From Octopus bimaculoides (Eukaryota): a stretch of DNA of 64,000 nt. Position numbers and translations under genes: made by a program. Position 1 is the first letter of the stretch. Each line of letters opens with the position of its first letter. Of the stretch, positions 50,272 to 61,542 are shown in pieces. The stretch is from positions 17,174,487 to 17,238,486 of the forward strand of contig NC_068987.1 of the NCBI RefSeq assembly GCF_001194135.2, in the 5' to 3' direction. The notes under the pieces are model-generated. The model searched no databases and was not told where the DNA came from. It saw only the letters and a list, made by a program, of their open reading frames with translations.

Positions 50272-50769
50272 CATATATATGTGCCTGTGTGTGCGTCTGT
50301 ATTTACATTTTTATACATACACACACATATTCACACAGACACTGACACACAGTTACACATATGCATAGATGCAGTTTTATGTGTGTGTGTGTGTGTGTGT
50401 ATACCATTATAAACTTCATGAATGCCAAGTCACGCCTCACCAATCATAGCTAGGTACCCTCTGAGGATATAATTGTGAGTTTCTCGTGTTTATCAGATGC
50501 CTACGAATCAAACTTATTATTTTAATCAGGTGAAAACTTGGAAAGAAACGGAGCTGACGTTATTAATAGTTTAAAAATACAAAGTTACATTCAAATGAAT
50601 TTAGACGTAAATGAATGATGTATAAAATATGTATGGTTTACTGGAGCATTATAAGTAGAACACAATTAGTAAAGAATGTAGAATACTTCCAGTGATGTCT
50701 ATGAGAAATTCTGTTTGAGGTTGAAATGTTTACTCAACGTTTTTTCCACAAATCAGTTTTGCATAGAAA

Positions 50770-51330
50770 AACAGAGACATCTGGGAACGTTTTGTTGCCT
50801 TTCTCGATATGTTTGCTTCTCTTGAAGGAAATTTGATAGATTTGTGCGAAAATATTATTCAGACGTTTCCAAGATGGCCGAAAAATGTCGATATTGACGA
50901 ACATTGTGGGAGACCTGCAACCAGCAGAAGTGAGAAAGACATCTCAGATATACGTGCAACTGTGAGGAGGAAATCGTCGAATCACCATCTGTGAGTTATC
51001 AGAGGATATGGAGATTAATTACGGTTCAGTTCAGTCCATTATCACTGAAGATTTGGGTATGAAACGTCTGTCTGCCATGTACCATAACTGCTTTCAGCTG
51101 ACCAAAAAAACACTCTGGCTTCAGTTGCACTAGATCTTGACTGTATCGAGAGCGACGACAACTTTTTGAAAACTGTGTATATGAGTCTGAGCAGGTATCG
51201 CCAACCTTGTGGTTAAAATTTGATGCAGATTCTGTGCTCAGCTTTCTCTGTCATAGGCTATGCGACGATCACACGTTACTGACCTTTCTTCAAGGCACTG
51301 CTGCAAACAGCGAAAGTAAGCTAGAAATTT
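50770..51330. mobile_element. Rearranged mariner relic
   Basis: + strand WERFVA...LEGN (C-terminus-like), then RFQDGRKNVDIDEHCGRPATS...RRITICELSEDMEINYGSVQSIITEDLGMKRLSA...DDNFLKTV. Minus strand from about 51262 reads MTEKAEHRICIKF (N-terminus). Confidence 0.8.
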
Positions 51331-53629
51331 AAAAACTTAGTGCACATACACAACAAAGATCAAGGTCAATCTGTGCCAAGCGATTTCCCTTTCCATGCAT
51401 TAGCTTCGTTACTATGGTAATAATCCTGATATTCAGTGATTAGACCACATATATATATTTAATTAAATATATATACATATCAATTTTTTGTTGACTCGTC
51501 ACAGAGGATATACGGAGCTTCAAACCTTTCTTTTCTTATCATTGTCAAAGACTCTATCACTTAATTTGAACACATTTTTGTAAATTAATTTTTGACACCA
51601 TAGAGGATACACAAAACCTGATACTTTTGAAACGCTTTTTAAATGAGTGAAACGGGTTAAGTTAATAAATTCTTTTAAAAGACCCCTGCATTTTCAGATT
51701 CTTTTTCTTTACTACTTTATAAATATGTATGTATGGATGTATGTGTGTGTGTATGTGTGTATATATATGTATGTATATATAATCTAGAAAATATTTTAGT
51801 GGAGAAACATATATATGTGGGTGTGTATAATTATATACACCTATATATATATGTATATACATATAAATACATGTATNNNNNNNNNNNNNNNNNNNNNNNN
51901 NNNNNNNNNNNNNNNNNNNNNNNNNNNNNNNNNNNNNNNNNNNNNNNNNNNNNNNNNNNNNNNNNNNNNNNNNNNNNNNNNNNNNNNNNNNNNNNTATAT
52001 ATACATACATGTGTGTGTGCATTATTATATGTGCCTGTTTTTGTATATGTGTGTGCCTCTATGCATTTATGTGTGGGAAGTTATAATGGCTCTCTTCAAT
52101 TTCTGTCCGTGTAGTTAATGTCTAAACTCTTACTCATTAGATGGCAATTAGTTTCTGATGGCAGACCTATACAAGGAACAATTACTATGTTTCGGACAAC
52201 TAGATTATAATATATCAGAAATGCACATTTCAATTAACTTTTAGGGATTGAGAGGAAAACTCGACCCTCGAGAGAGTTTTTTTAATTTAGATTCTAAACC
52301 GTCGAAAATGTAACTTGTAAGGAATTTCCTTAGCTTTAATTAGAACGTTTGCATCTTTCAACGTGTGAATTCATTTAAAGTATAGATTGAAAAGTGATTA
52401 GTTAGCCCCAATAAGAGTATTTGCAGCATCAATTGATTTGAATTCGTAAATGTCTTGTCGAATGCGTGGTCAAAGATGGCATCAATTTTACTTGAGATGA
52501 TTCTTCTGTCCGGCGCTAAGCCATTTCGATATTACATATATTCAATGAATGTTAATAAAACTTTAAGATAAATCGATAATTTTATTATCATGAAATTATA
52601 TGATATTGTCATAAAACTCGCTAGCTAACAACATATTCTAACTGTGGAATAAAATTACCGTTGAATTAGTATTTAAATTACAAAATACGACAACAGTGTA
52701 TTAATAACATCTACCACAAATATATCTTGGTTCTGTTTAATTCTTTAATTATAAGTAATTTAACAAAATTCGTTCGGAAATGCTTGTATAATATCTACTT
52801 CCTTAATCTTGAAATATAATAACATATTTTGAAATGAAAAGAGACGCCTTTACCGAAAATAAAATTTCAAAACACCAGAAAACTGTCTGGGTTTTTCTAA
52901 GAACGGTAGTTATCTTACATATATCTTCTATAATTACGCGTCTGTAATTATTCATAATAACGTAGAGATTTATCACGTATATCATAGTGTGACAGCAAGT
53001 TGATATATCATTTAAGAGAATAGTAATTTAGAATTTAAGATTAGAATTCAAAGTGAATAACTTGATTACGTTATCGACTATCAGCAATACTACTGACGTG
53101 GGGGGATAAAGTCTTATACAACCAATTGATAGGAAGCAGAAAATTTCTCATCTAAACCTTTACGTGTTAGCAAATGCTGAACTTTCTTATTTTTTATAAA
53201 GGAAATGGATGAGATTTTCGTGTGATAATCGATTCGATCTGTGCTAGTGAAATGTAATAAATCATGTGTTTTTTTAAATATTTTATTTGGAACTTTTTGC
53301 TACCTTATAAAATTACATGAGTGGCTATGAGGTTCAGTTGCGAGACATTGTTTCAGGTGCATGTATGATTGCGCTGTTGAAATGTTTACTATACCATTAT
53401 CATGATTAATCGGTCCGGACCCCGTGTGCTGCTCATAAAGAAAATATATCTTTTTCTATATCCATCGGTTGACCTATTACTAGTGAGTAGAATTTGGTAT
53501 TGCAAAACTATTAAGAATCTGAATGTGTTAGTGTACACATATATACGTACACATTTTATGTTGATGACTGAAAGTTATATGCTGGTCATATGACCGGCAT
53601 CAAGAGAGAATGTACATCAACAGTTTGTC

Positions 53630-53990
53630 TCTCCCCCTATCTCAAATGATGAAAGCTATAAATACATCGAAATCGATCAGAATATTGGTAACTAAAGCCA
53701 AAATAACAAAAGAGTTCTGTAGACTCCTGAAAATGTGCATGTCAGTGTTGCATATAACAAGACCATATCTCACAATGCTTTTGCAGGACTAGTGCTAGTA
53801 TCGACACTTGGGATATTGGACTGGATGAGATGTGCAGCCTGGACATCAAAACCAGAAAAGTAATGACCACCACTGGTAACGTCCACTTTAACAATGATAT
53901 CGATAGGATTTATGTCAGAGGAAGTGATGGTCAGTCCAAGCAACTTTTGAATGTCGCATTGTATCATTCAGACAACACTGACTGAACAGT
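53630..53990 (+). mobile_element. Dong/R4-like non-LTR retrotransposon RT C-terminal relic
   Basis: DESYKYIEIDQNI; KITKEFCR; YNKTISHNAFAGLVLVSTLGILDW; LDIKTRKVMTTTGNVHFNNDIDRIYV. These match the R4/Dong pattern N...AINTYA.PVL...G..DW ... LDRKTRK.MT.....HP.SD.DRLY. Confidence 0.75.
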
Positions 53991-54419
53991 AAAGAAAGAA
54001 ATGAATACATTCCATACATACATAAAACACTGTAAAAGCTGTGTTACATATTATGGATAGATGCAAGGGAGACTACAAAGACGTGGCCAGCTGAAGGACG
54101 TACACCAAGCCTTCTGTCTCTATCTCTACGTGAGAATTCATTCTACATGTTTTAACGGAGCCTTAGGCTCAGTTCAGGCGGCTAGATGACACTGCTACAG
54201 ATTATGGTCAGCAATTGCTGAAAATGGTTTGATTCGGCTCTTTGCCATATCTCCTCAAAAAGTCAAAAGTGTTTGTCGAAGAATTTCTACGACTTCACTA
54301 TATTCAATCTCTGGCCTCTTAATAACCCGATTGTAATACCATGTATATATGGAGTGCGATTATGCGAAAAACATCAATCGATTTGCCTGCAACAGTAAGG
54401 CAGAGCTGGTGGCCAATAT

Positions 54420-54697
54420 GAAAGGCGGCGAGCTGGCAGAAGCGTTAGCACGCCGGGCGAAATGCTTAGCGGTATTTCGTCTGCCGTTACGTTCTGAGTT
54501 CAAATTCCGCCGAGGTCGACTTNNNNNNNNNNTCTGAGTTCAAATTCCGCCGAGGTCGACTTTATCTTTCATCCTTTCGGGGTCGATTAAATAAGTACCA
54601 GTTACGCACTGGGGTCGATATAATCGACATAATACCTTTTTCTGTCCTTGTTGGTCCCCTCTATGTTTAGCCCCTTATGGGCATTAAAGAAATAAGG
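54420..54697 (+). mobile_element. Young SINE family B copy split by a 10-N gap
   Basis: AAGGCGGCGAGCTGGCAGAAGCGTTAGCACGCCGGGCGAAATGCTTAGCGGTATTTCG...TAGCCCCTTATGGGCATTAAAGAAATA. Confidence 0.92.
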
Positions 54698-55261
54698 TGA
54701 AGGAGTTGTTCGAAGATCTCCTCAAGGACACAGCGAGGGACGTATGCCTCCCAGGTTCCACAACCGATTTGTGGCCGTGGTGTAAGCACAGTGCAGCTAT
54801 TTTGAGTAAACTGTTATCTCCCAGCCATAATCTAGTTGATAATTTTTGATTTTTTTTGACACCGCAGCTTTTCAGAATGGACGTTAACCACATCACTCTC
54901 ATAGATATCAGGGGGCCCAAAAACACCACATATAGAAACCCTTCCTTCTGAACAATCCGATGAAAATTAAAGAAAAAAATGTTTATTACAAATGCAGACT
55001 AATAATAAAATACTTTCATTGATATCAAAATATACCAATAACCTTCATTTCCGATATATGCCCATTCTTTAGATATAAAAAATCATTTATGAGCATAAAA
55101 TATATAACTTAGTCATGCAATGATATTTACGTATCTGGTTTATTTTGCCTCCGTTTACATCTCTGGAATCGATAAAATAACTTTTTTATTGATCATATAT
55201 CTTCTCTTAATTGTCACTAATAAACTTTGATTGCTGTGTTTGACTATGTACGAGGATAGAA

Positions 55262-55326
55262 TTTATGATCATCATCATCATCATCATTATTATTATAATT
55301 ATTATTATTATTATTATTATTACTAC

Positions 55327-55402
<76 letters not shown>

Positions 55403-55418
55403 ATCATCATTATTATTA
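55262..55418. repeat. (ATC)/(ATT)n microsatellite
   Basis: Direct reading. Confidence 0.95.
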
Positions 55419-55600
55419 AGATGGCGAGCCGTTGGAACCGTTAGCACGCTGCATGAAATGTTTTGTGGCATTTCATCTGTCTGTACGTTCTGAGTTCAAT
55501 TTCTTCCGATATCAATTTTGCTTTTCATCCTTTCGGGGTTGATATATTAAGTAACGGTGAAACGCTGGAGTCGATGTAATCAACAAGTCCCCTCCGCCAT
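55419..55600 (+). mobile_element. SINE family B between (ATT)n arrays
   Basis: AGATGGCGAGCCGTTGGAACCGTTAGCACG...GTTCTGAGTTCAATTTC...TTTCATCCTTTCGGGGTTGAT. Confidence 0.85.
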
Positions 55601-55730
55601 AATTTCAGGATTATTATTATCATTATTGCTACTATTTAAGTATTATTACTATTACTGTTATTATTGTTTTTATTGTTGTTATTATTATTGTTATTATCAC
55701 TATAATTGTTATTATTATTATTGTAAGCAT

Positions 55731-55973
55731 ATTTGACGGATATTTGTCCTCATCTTGTTTGTTGCCACGGGCATATGGCATAGTGGTTAAAAGTGCGGGC
55801 TACTAACCCCAAGATTCCGAGTTCAATTCCAGGCAGTACCTGAATAATAATAATAATAATAATAACAATAACAACATCGAAATTTCCGCATGACACCCGA
55901 TGAAGGCTGGATGGTATATCAGCCGAAACATTGTGTTAACAACAAACAAGATGAGGACAAATATCCGTCAAAT
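55731..55973 (+). mobile_element. Composite element: 34-bp inverted repeats enclosing tRNA-like head, (AAT)n and hammerhead motif
   Basis: 55731-55764 is the exact reverse complement of 55940-55973. A-box TGGCATAGTGG and B-box GAGTTCAATTCC are present. Hammerhead at 55892-55937. Confidence 0.8.
55892..55937 (+). ncRNA. Minimal type-I hammerhead ribozyme, core-mutated copy
   Basis: Stem I GACAC/GTGTT; core CCGATGA (consensus CTGATGA) plus an extra A; stem II GGCTG/CAGCC; GAAAC; putative site AUU (55930-32). Confidence 0.65.
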
Positions 55974-56019
55974 GTAAATAATGTAAATAATGTATCTATT
56001 CATTATATTAGTGATACCC

Positions 56020-56340
56020 GGAAGGCGCTTGGCTTAGTGGTTAGGAGTATTAAGCTCACAATCGTAACGTTGTGAGTTCAATTTTCAGCGGCGCCATGTG
56101 CCCTTCAGCAAGACACATTATTTCACGCTTCTCCAAATTCGTTTAGCTGGCAAAAATTACCAGTTCCTGTATAAGAAATGTCCAGCCTTGTAACAATCTG
56201 TGTCACACCGAATTCCCTTGTGTCGTACGGGAGGGGTACGTGTATTTGTTGAGTTCTCAGCCATTTGCACATTAATTTCACGAGAAGAGCGTTTCATTGA
56301 TCGGAATCGACTGGAATACTCGTCGTCGTAACTGACGGAG
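56020..56340 (+). mobile_element. Degenerate SINE of the same type as 14390-14716
   Basis: GGAAGGCGCTTGGCTTAGTGGTTAGG...GAGTTCAATT...CAGCAAGACACATTATTTCACG...GGAATACTCGTCGTCGTAACTGACGGAG. Confidence 0.85.
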
Positions 56341-57864
56341 GAGTAGGAGAAATCACGTGCCTCTCGGATATTTGAACTCAAAACTTAATTATGGCAGACC
56401 TTCAGTCGAGTGTGTTTCATTTCTCCTTTTGCTCGAAAGTAAAATCCGTATGAAAATATAAATAAATTACTTTAAAAACACAAAAATAAATAAAATGCTT
56501 TTGTATCGTAAAAATTAAACGATTAAAAAATATTTAAAAATATACAAATGCGCATAAATATACACAAAATATTCAACACATGCATAAACAAAGACACATA
56601 CACACATACAGGGTGAACGATACATTCATGAAGACATGAAAACGTACGTACACATGCTCAGACGGAGAGAAACGAAGACAGATACTATAGCACTGCAATT
56701 CGTCAGTAACAATGATAAGAAGTTGCTATTCTACAGTGCATGTCAAGTAGCATTGCTGAATAGTTTATTAAATAATTCAATTAGAGTGTCTAGGAAGAGG
56801 TTGTTAATAATTCTACGAGAATTGTTCTCCAATTAATTGTATGGTGATTTAATTAATTTGTTATATCTGCCAGGTTTGCCTGCAAAGTCTGCATTTAAAG
56901 GGTTTCTAATGGCAGTAAATCTATTTATTTTTATAGGTTAGAGTGAAAAGGTACGCATATGGTTCATATAACTACGCACTCATGCAAGATGCGCAGGCAC
57001 GCAGACACACAGACACACAGACACACAGACACATATATACACACAGACACACACAGACAAACATGCATGCATATTCATATATGCATGCATGAATTTACGT
57101 GTATATATGCGTATATATATATATATATATATATATNNNNNNNNNNNNNNNNNNNNNNNNNNNNNNNNNNNNNNNNNNNNNNNNNNNNNNNNNNNNNNNN
57201 NNNNNNNNNNNNNNNNNNNNNNNNNNNNNNNNNNNNNNNNNNNNNNNNNNNNNNNNNNNNNNNNNNNNNNNNNNNNNNNNNNNNNNNNNNNNNNNNNNNN
57301 NNNNNNNNNNNNNNNNNNNNNNNNNNNNNNNNNNNNNNNNNNNNNNNNNNNNNNNNNNNNNNNNNNNNNNNNNNNNNNNNNNNNNNNNNNNNNNNNNNNN
57401 NNNNNNNNNNNNNNNNNNNNNNNNNNNNNTATATATATATATATATATGTATATTTATGTGTGTATTAGTGAATCGTAAATTACAGTTTATATACACTCT
57501 GTTCCTTCCACAGAGAGATCTTGCAGTCAAATAAATACAGTCTCGCCTTCCATTAAAATTAATTTTGTGTCAGTCAATCAAAAACAGTAAATAAGAGAAA
57601 TTAAAACAATTGAATATGGTTGTTGAAGTAGAGGTGTGAGGTATTGTTTTGTAAGCAACAGAGAATTTTATACTTGGTTTTACTGCTTTAGAATAAGTTT
57701 TTGGCAGTATTTTTAATACACTACGCTACGAGCTTTACTTATTATTGTACCGTATGGAAAATTCTAGAATACAATTCAGGTGTCGATGATATTTTGAGAT
57801 AGATTATGAACTTACAGATTATATATTAAATGAAGATTTATTTCAGCTGTATTCATTTTCCTTG

Positions 57865-58010
57865 GGTTTCTTCTTGCTTCAGTCATTAGATTCCAGCGAT
57901 GCTGGGACATAAACCCGCTGGGTTTTAGTGGAACACATCAACACCAGTACTTATTTTATCACTCTTTTTTGCTGAACCACTATGATACGCGGGCATAAAC
58001 ACACCATTAT
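57865..58010 (-). mobile_element. SINE family A 3' part
   Basis: TTGCTTCAGTCATTAGATTCCAGCGATGCTGGG...CCAGTACTTATTTTATCACTCTTTTTGCTGAACC. Confidence 0.75.
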
Positions 58011-58567
58011 ATAGGAGAGTATTGTAGTTCTAAACTTTTTACACAAGTTAGAACCCCTGCTGTGTCCTTTTCTGCTGGTCACGACTTCGTAGTTTCCGTT
58101 GCATCTTTAAGCCTATACAGTATTCACAGACCATTGAGCAGCATTCGTGTTGTCGGAATTTTGATACCCCGTACGAATCATCATTACACATGTAAGACTT
58201 TTCTAATATTCAGGTGTCCTCCATTTCACCATGTATACTAACTTTTTGTCAACTGCAAGATTAATCATTATGCTCTCCAACGCCGCTGATTGTTCACCTA
58301 TACAACATGCTTGCAGTTCCTGAAAAAAGAAACAAAGAAACTCGATAAACTTAGCTCGAGCACTCTGTACACACACAAACACATACATACGTATGTACAT
58401 ATATATATGTATATATATGTGTATAAGATGATTCCCATGCATTTCCCTGAGGAGAAGTTTACATTTCTAACATCGCCGATTCCTATGGATCGCATAAATT
58501 GTAATTCTTCGAAACGCATATCGGAATAAAGTATGCAGTTATAACATGCGTTTTCTCCATTCCTTAA

Positions 58568-58613
<46 letters not shown>

Positions 58614-59044
58614 ATATAAATAAACATAATTATGTACATGCACAAATATAATTGTGATTTTCTGAAGTGTTTGATGGTTGATATTGTGCAAAGTCCATAC
58701 AGATAGTACTAACAGCGAAGTCTTAGGAGAGAATATCTTTGAAAGCTATATTTCCTTTTCACACTAATCACATGTTTTACTTTGACAGTTGTTATCAGTA
58801 AAATTTTGGCTTTACTTCAAGAAGTAAACTATCTTCTCTGTAGAAAGTAACTGAAGACATAGAGTATCTATATTATTCTACTGTGACACGACTATTTTGA
58901 GAAAGCTGTAAGTTTAAAAATGTACAACATGTTTATTTCTACATAACGGAAAAGCGTATACGGCTGAAGAAATAATAGTTGGTATCTCGTTATACAGAGG
59001 ATGTATAGAAATATAATATACAATGCATACATACATACATACAT

Positions 59045-59330
59045 ACTTATGAATATCTCTGAAAACTCAAAGATAAGGAAGATAACTATGGACAACTGCT
59101 TCGAAACCTACAGCATCTCCTCGTAGTCTCGAAACATGCTAATCAGTTGAATATTAAAGATCGGGACACCTTGGCACATGGTTAGCAATCAACAAACCCC
59201 TTAACTCATCTCTTTCTACAGTGTTATTTGGTCCTATGCACCAGTTGGCAACCCAGACACTATCTGGCACGATTCACGAAATACACCCACATTTTCTCTC
59301 AACTCTTGTGTTTATTTTTTTCAACACACA
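59045..59330 (-). mobile_element. Possible Penelope-like 3' end with a very degenerate hammerhead
   Basis: Minus frames FRESCQI and NTVERDELRG resemble the GIY-YIG C-terminal pattern (RE..EI, N..NRD.G). They are followed by GACTA-CGAGGA-GATGC..GTTTC-GAAGCAGTTGTC-CATAGT at 59085-59128. Confidence 0.35.
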
Positions 59331-60402
59331 TGAATTTCCACATTATGTTTCCTTTTTATATACAAAAAGATGTTCTTACTTGATCAATTTTATAAATTAC
59401 TTTAGCCTATCCAGCTTGTAATCCTCTAACGTCATATGAACATTTCTTTGTAAAAAGAAAAATATAGCATGACGTCTTCAAATTTTTAAACATTTTTTTT
59501 CCAAACTTATTCGTCGAAACCAGATTAAGTAAGGGGAATATAGAAAATAAAACAGCACGCTCATTACTAAAAGAAGTTATCAAGAACAAAAGATTATCTC
59601 ACGTTTTGAGGCTATTTATTTTTTGGTCTATTATGTTTCTTTTCCTTGTTTGATTCTTGTTTATTTTCGCCTTTCGTGATCATTTTATTATATTTTTTCC
59701 ACCGAAACTTGCGTAACCATTAAGAAATGGATAACCCGAATCAAAAATAAAATTAATAAGAGTCAGTTACTATGTCTAAAGCCAAGCAACTCTGGTTTGT
59801 TTTAGTTTAATGTTTAAAATTTCTAATTTGAAAACAGGCAAAAAATATTGTTTCTAGTCTGATGAATAAAGTTTTATTGAATACAAATTCCAATTAGTAT
59901 TTTCGTTTGAAAACAAATTACGTTTCTTTTTCCTAGAAGAACAAAAAAGAAAGAAAAAAGAAAAGAAATGTTTTCATCTAACCACAATAATTTAAATGAA
60001 AACATTGCACGAAAGTAAGGAATATAAATAAAAAAAATAGTCGCCGATATATATTAATTTATTTATGTATTTAAGACATAGACTAAGGTGAATTCTGGTA
60101 CTGGTTGGTGATGTTATTGGATACTTTCCTCACTGACTCGTTATTGAAGTTTAAGATATCCACGTGATGTGAAGTCAACGAAATGTAAAATATTTTGTTG
60201 ATTATGTGTATCTTCAATTGCATGTAGTTCATTCCACACATTTTTTCATATCAGAATTGATAACAGAATCTTTCGGTTCAGACTTCTGAAAGGAGAATAA
60301 GAAATTCATTGCATTTTTGACATTAAGAATGGCAGTAAAATGTTTCTAACTTTCTGAAAGAAAAAACATCTCAAATGGCTTCGGTAATCCATTGCCGATA
60401 CG

Positions 60403-60421
60403 CTATCTATCTATCTACCTT

Positions 60422-60498
<77 letters not shown>

Positions 60499-60499
60499 A

Positions 60500-60531
<32 letters not shown>

Positions 60532-60553
60532 CATATATCTATTTATCTATCTA
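60403..60553. repeat. (TATC)n-(TGTC)n microsatellite
   Basis: Direct reading. Confidence 0.95.
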
Positions 60554-60699
60554 TCGTTTGAAAATACAGATGGTCTTAAATTCAAGATATAAACTGAGCA
60601 TATGCAAAATTGCGAATAGTAAAATAGGAAACATGCTAGTGAAGAAAATATACATTAATCTACCCTCCTACATCAGGCCTACATATACATGCATACTTT

Positions 60700-60899
60700 T
60701 ATTCTTTTACTTGTTTCTGTCATTTGACTGCAACCATGGTGGAGCACCGCCTTTAGTCGAACAAATTGATCCCACGACTAATTCTTTGTAAGCCTAGTAC
60801 TTATTCTATCGGTATCTTTTGCCTCACCGCTAATTTACATGGACGTAAACATACCAACATCTTTGTCAAGTGGTGGGGAGGACAAAAAAGCCAGCCCCC

Positions 60900-60900
<1 letters not shown>
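60700..60900 (-). mobile_element. SINE family A 3' part running into (TA)n and a gap
   Basis: TTCTTTTACTTGTTTCTGTCATTTGACTGCAACCATGGTGGAGCACCGCC...AAGCCTAGTACTTATTCTATCGGT. Confidence 0.88.
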
Positions 60901-60941
<41 letters not shown>

Positions 60942-61502
60942 NNNNNNNNNNNNNNNNNNNNNNNNNNNNNNNNNNNNNNNNNNNNNNNNNNNNNNNNNNN
61001 NNNNNNNNNNNNNNNNNNNNNNNNNNNNNNNNNNNNNNNNNNNNNNNNNNNNNNNNNNNNNNNNNNNNNNNNNNNNNNNNNNNNNNNNNNNNNNNNNNNN
61101 NNNNNNNNNNNNNNNNNNNNNNNNNNNNNNNNNNNNNNNNNNNNNNNNNNNNNNNNNNNNNNNNNNNNNNNNNNNNNNNNNNNNNNNNNNNNNNNNNNNN
61201 NNNNNNNNNNNNNNNNNNNNNNNNNNNNNNNNNNNNNNNNNNNNNNNNNNNNNNNNNNNNNNNNNNNNNNNNNNNNNNNNNNNNNNNNNNNNNNNNNNNN
61301 NNNNNNNNNNNNNNNNNNNNNNNNNNNNNNNNNNNNNNNNNNNNNNNNNNNNNNNNNNNNNNNNNNNNNNNNNNNNNNNNNNNNNNNNNNNNNNNNNNNN
61401 NNNNNNNNNNNNNNNNNNNNNNNNNNNNNNNNNNNNNNNNNNNNNNNNNNNNNNNNNNNNNNNNNNNNNNNNNNNNNNNNNNNNNNNNNNNNNNNNNNNN
61501 NN

Positions 61503-61542
<40 letters not shown>

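Larger units (their letters stand above)
571..61502. other. 15 assembly gaps: 571-1121, 2285-2339, 6008-6134, 8389-8433, 9968-10057, 15981-15990, 25608-26471, 32978-33045, 35570-36539, 47636-47926, 49982-50052, 51877-51995, 54523-54532, 57137-57429, 60942-61502
   Basis: Runs of N, most flanked by (TA)n; they create the long X-containing ORFs. Confidence 0.98.

Noticed and set aside
51257-51316. Exon-like AG|...|GTAAGC segment (LCDDHTLLTFLQGTAANSE)
   Set aside because: Antisense of the mariner 5'UTR and start codon.
58060-58210. Minus frame EKSYMCNDDS...ECCSMVCEYC as a zinc finger
   Set aside because: Cys/His spacing does not fit C2H2, and the frame is bounded by stops.
59221-59421. Canonical-looking branch point and acceptor (CTTAAC...CTTTCTACAG) with ORF
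   Set aside because: Overlaps the antisense of a probable PLE relic; no donor and no recognisable protein.
59857-59890. CTGATGA-ATAAA..TTTATT-GAAT hammerhead-like string
   Set aside because: Lacks GAAA, the G-C closing pair and stems I/III.
4240-60592. Low-complexity ORFs (CVCV, THTH, YLSI, poly-S/L/F/I/N, ERER)
   Set aside because: Translations of microsatellites.
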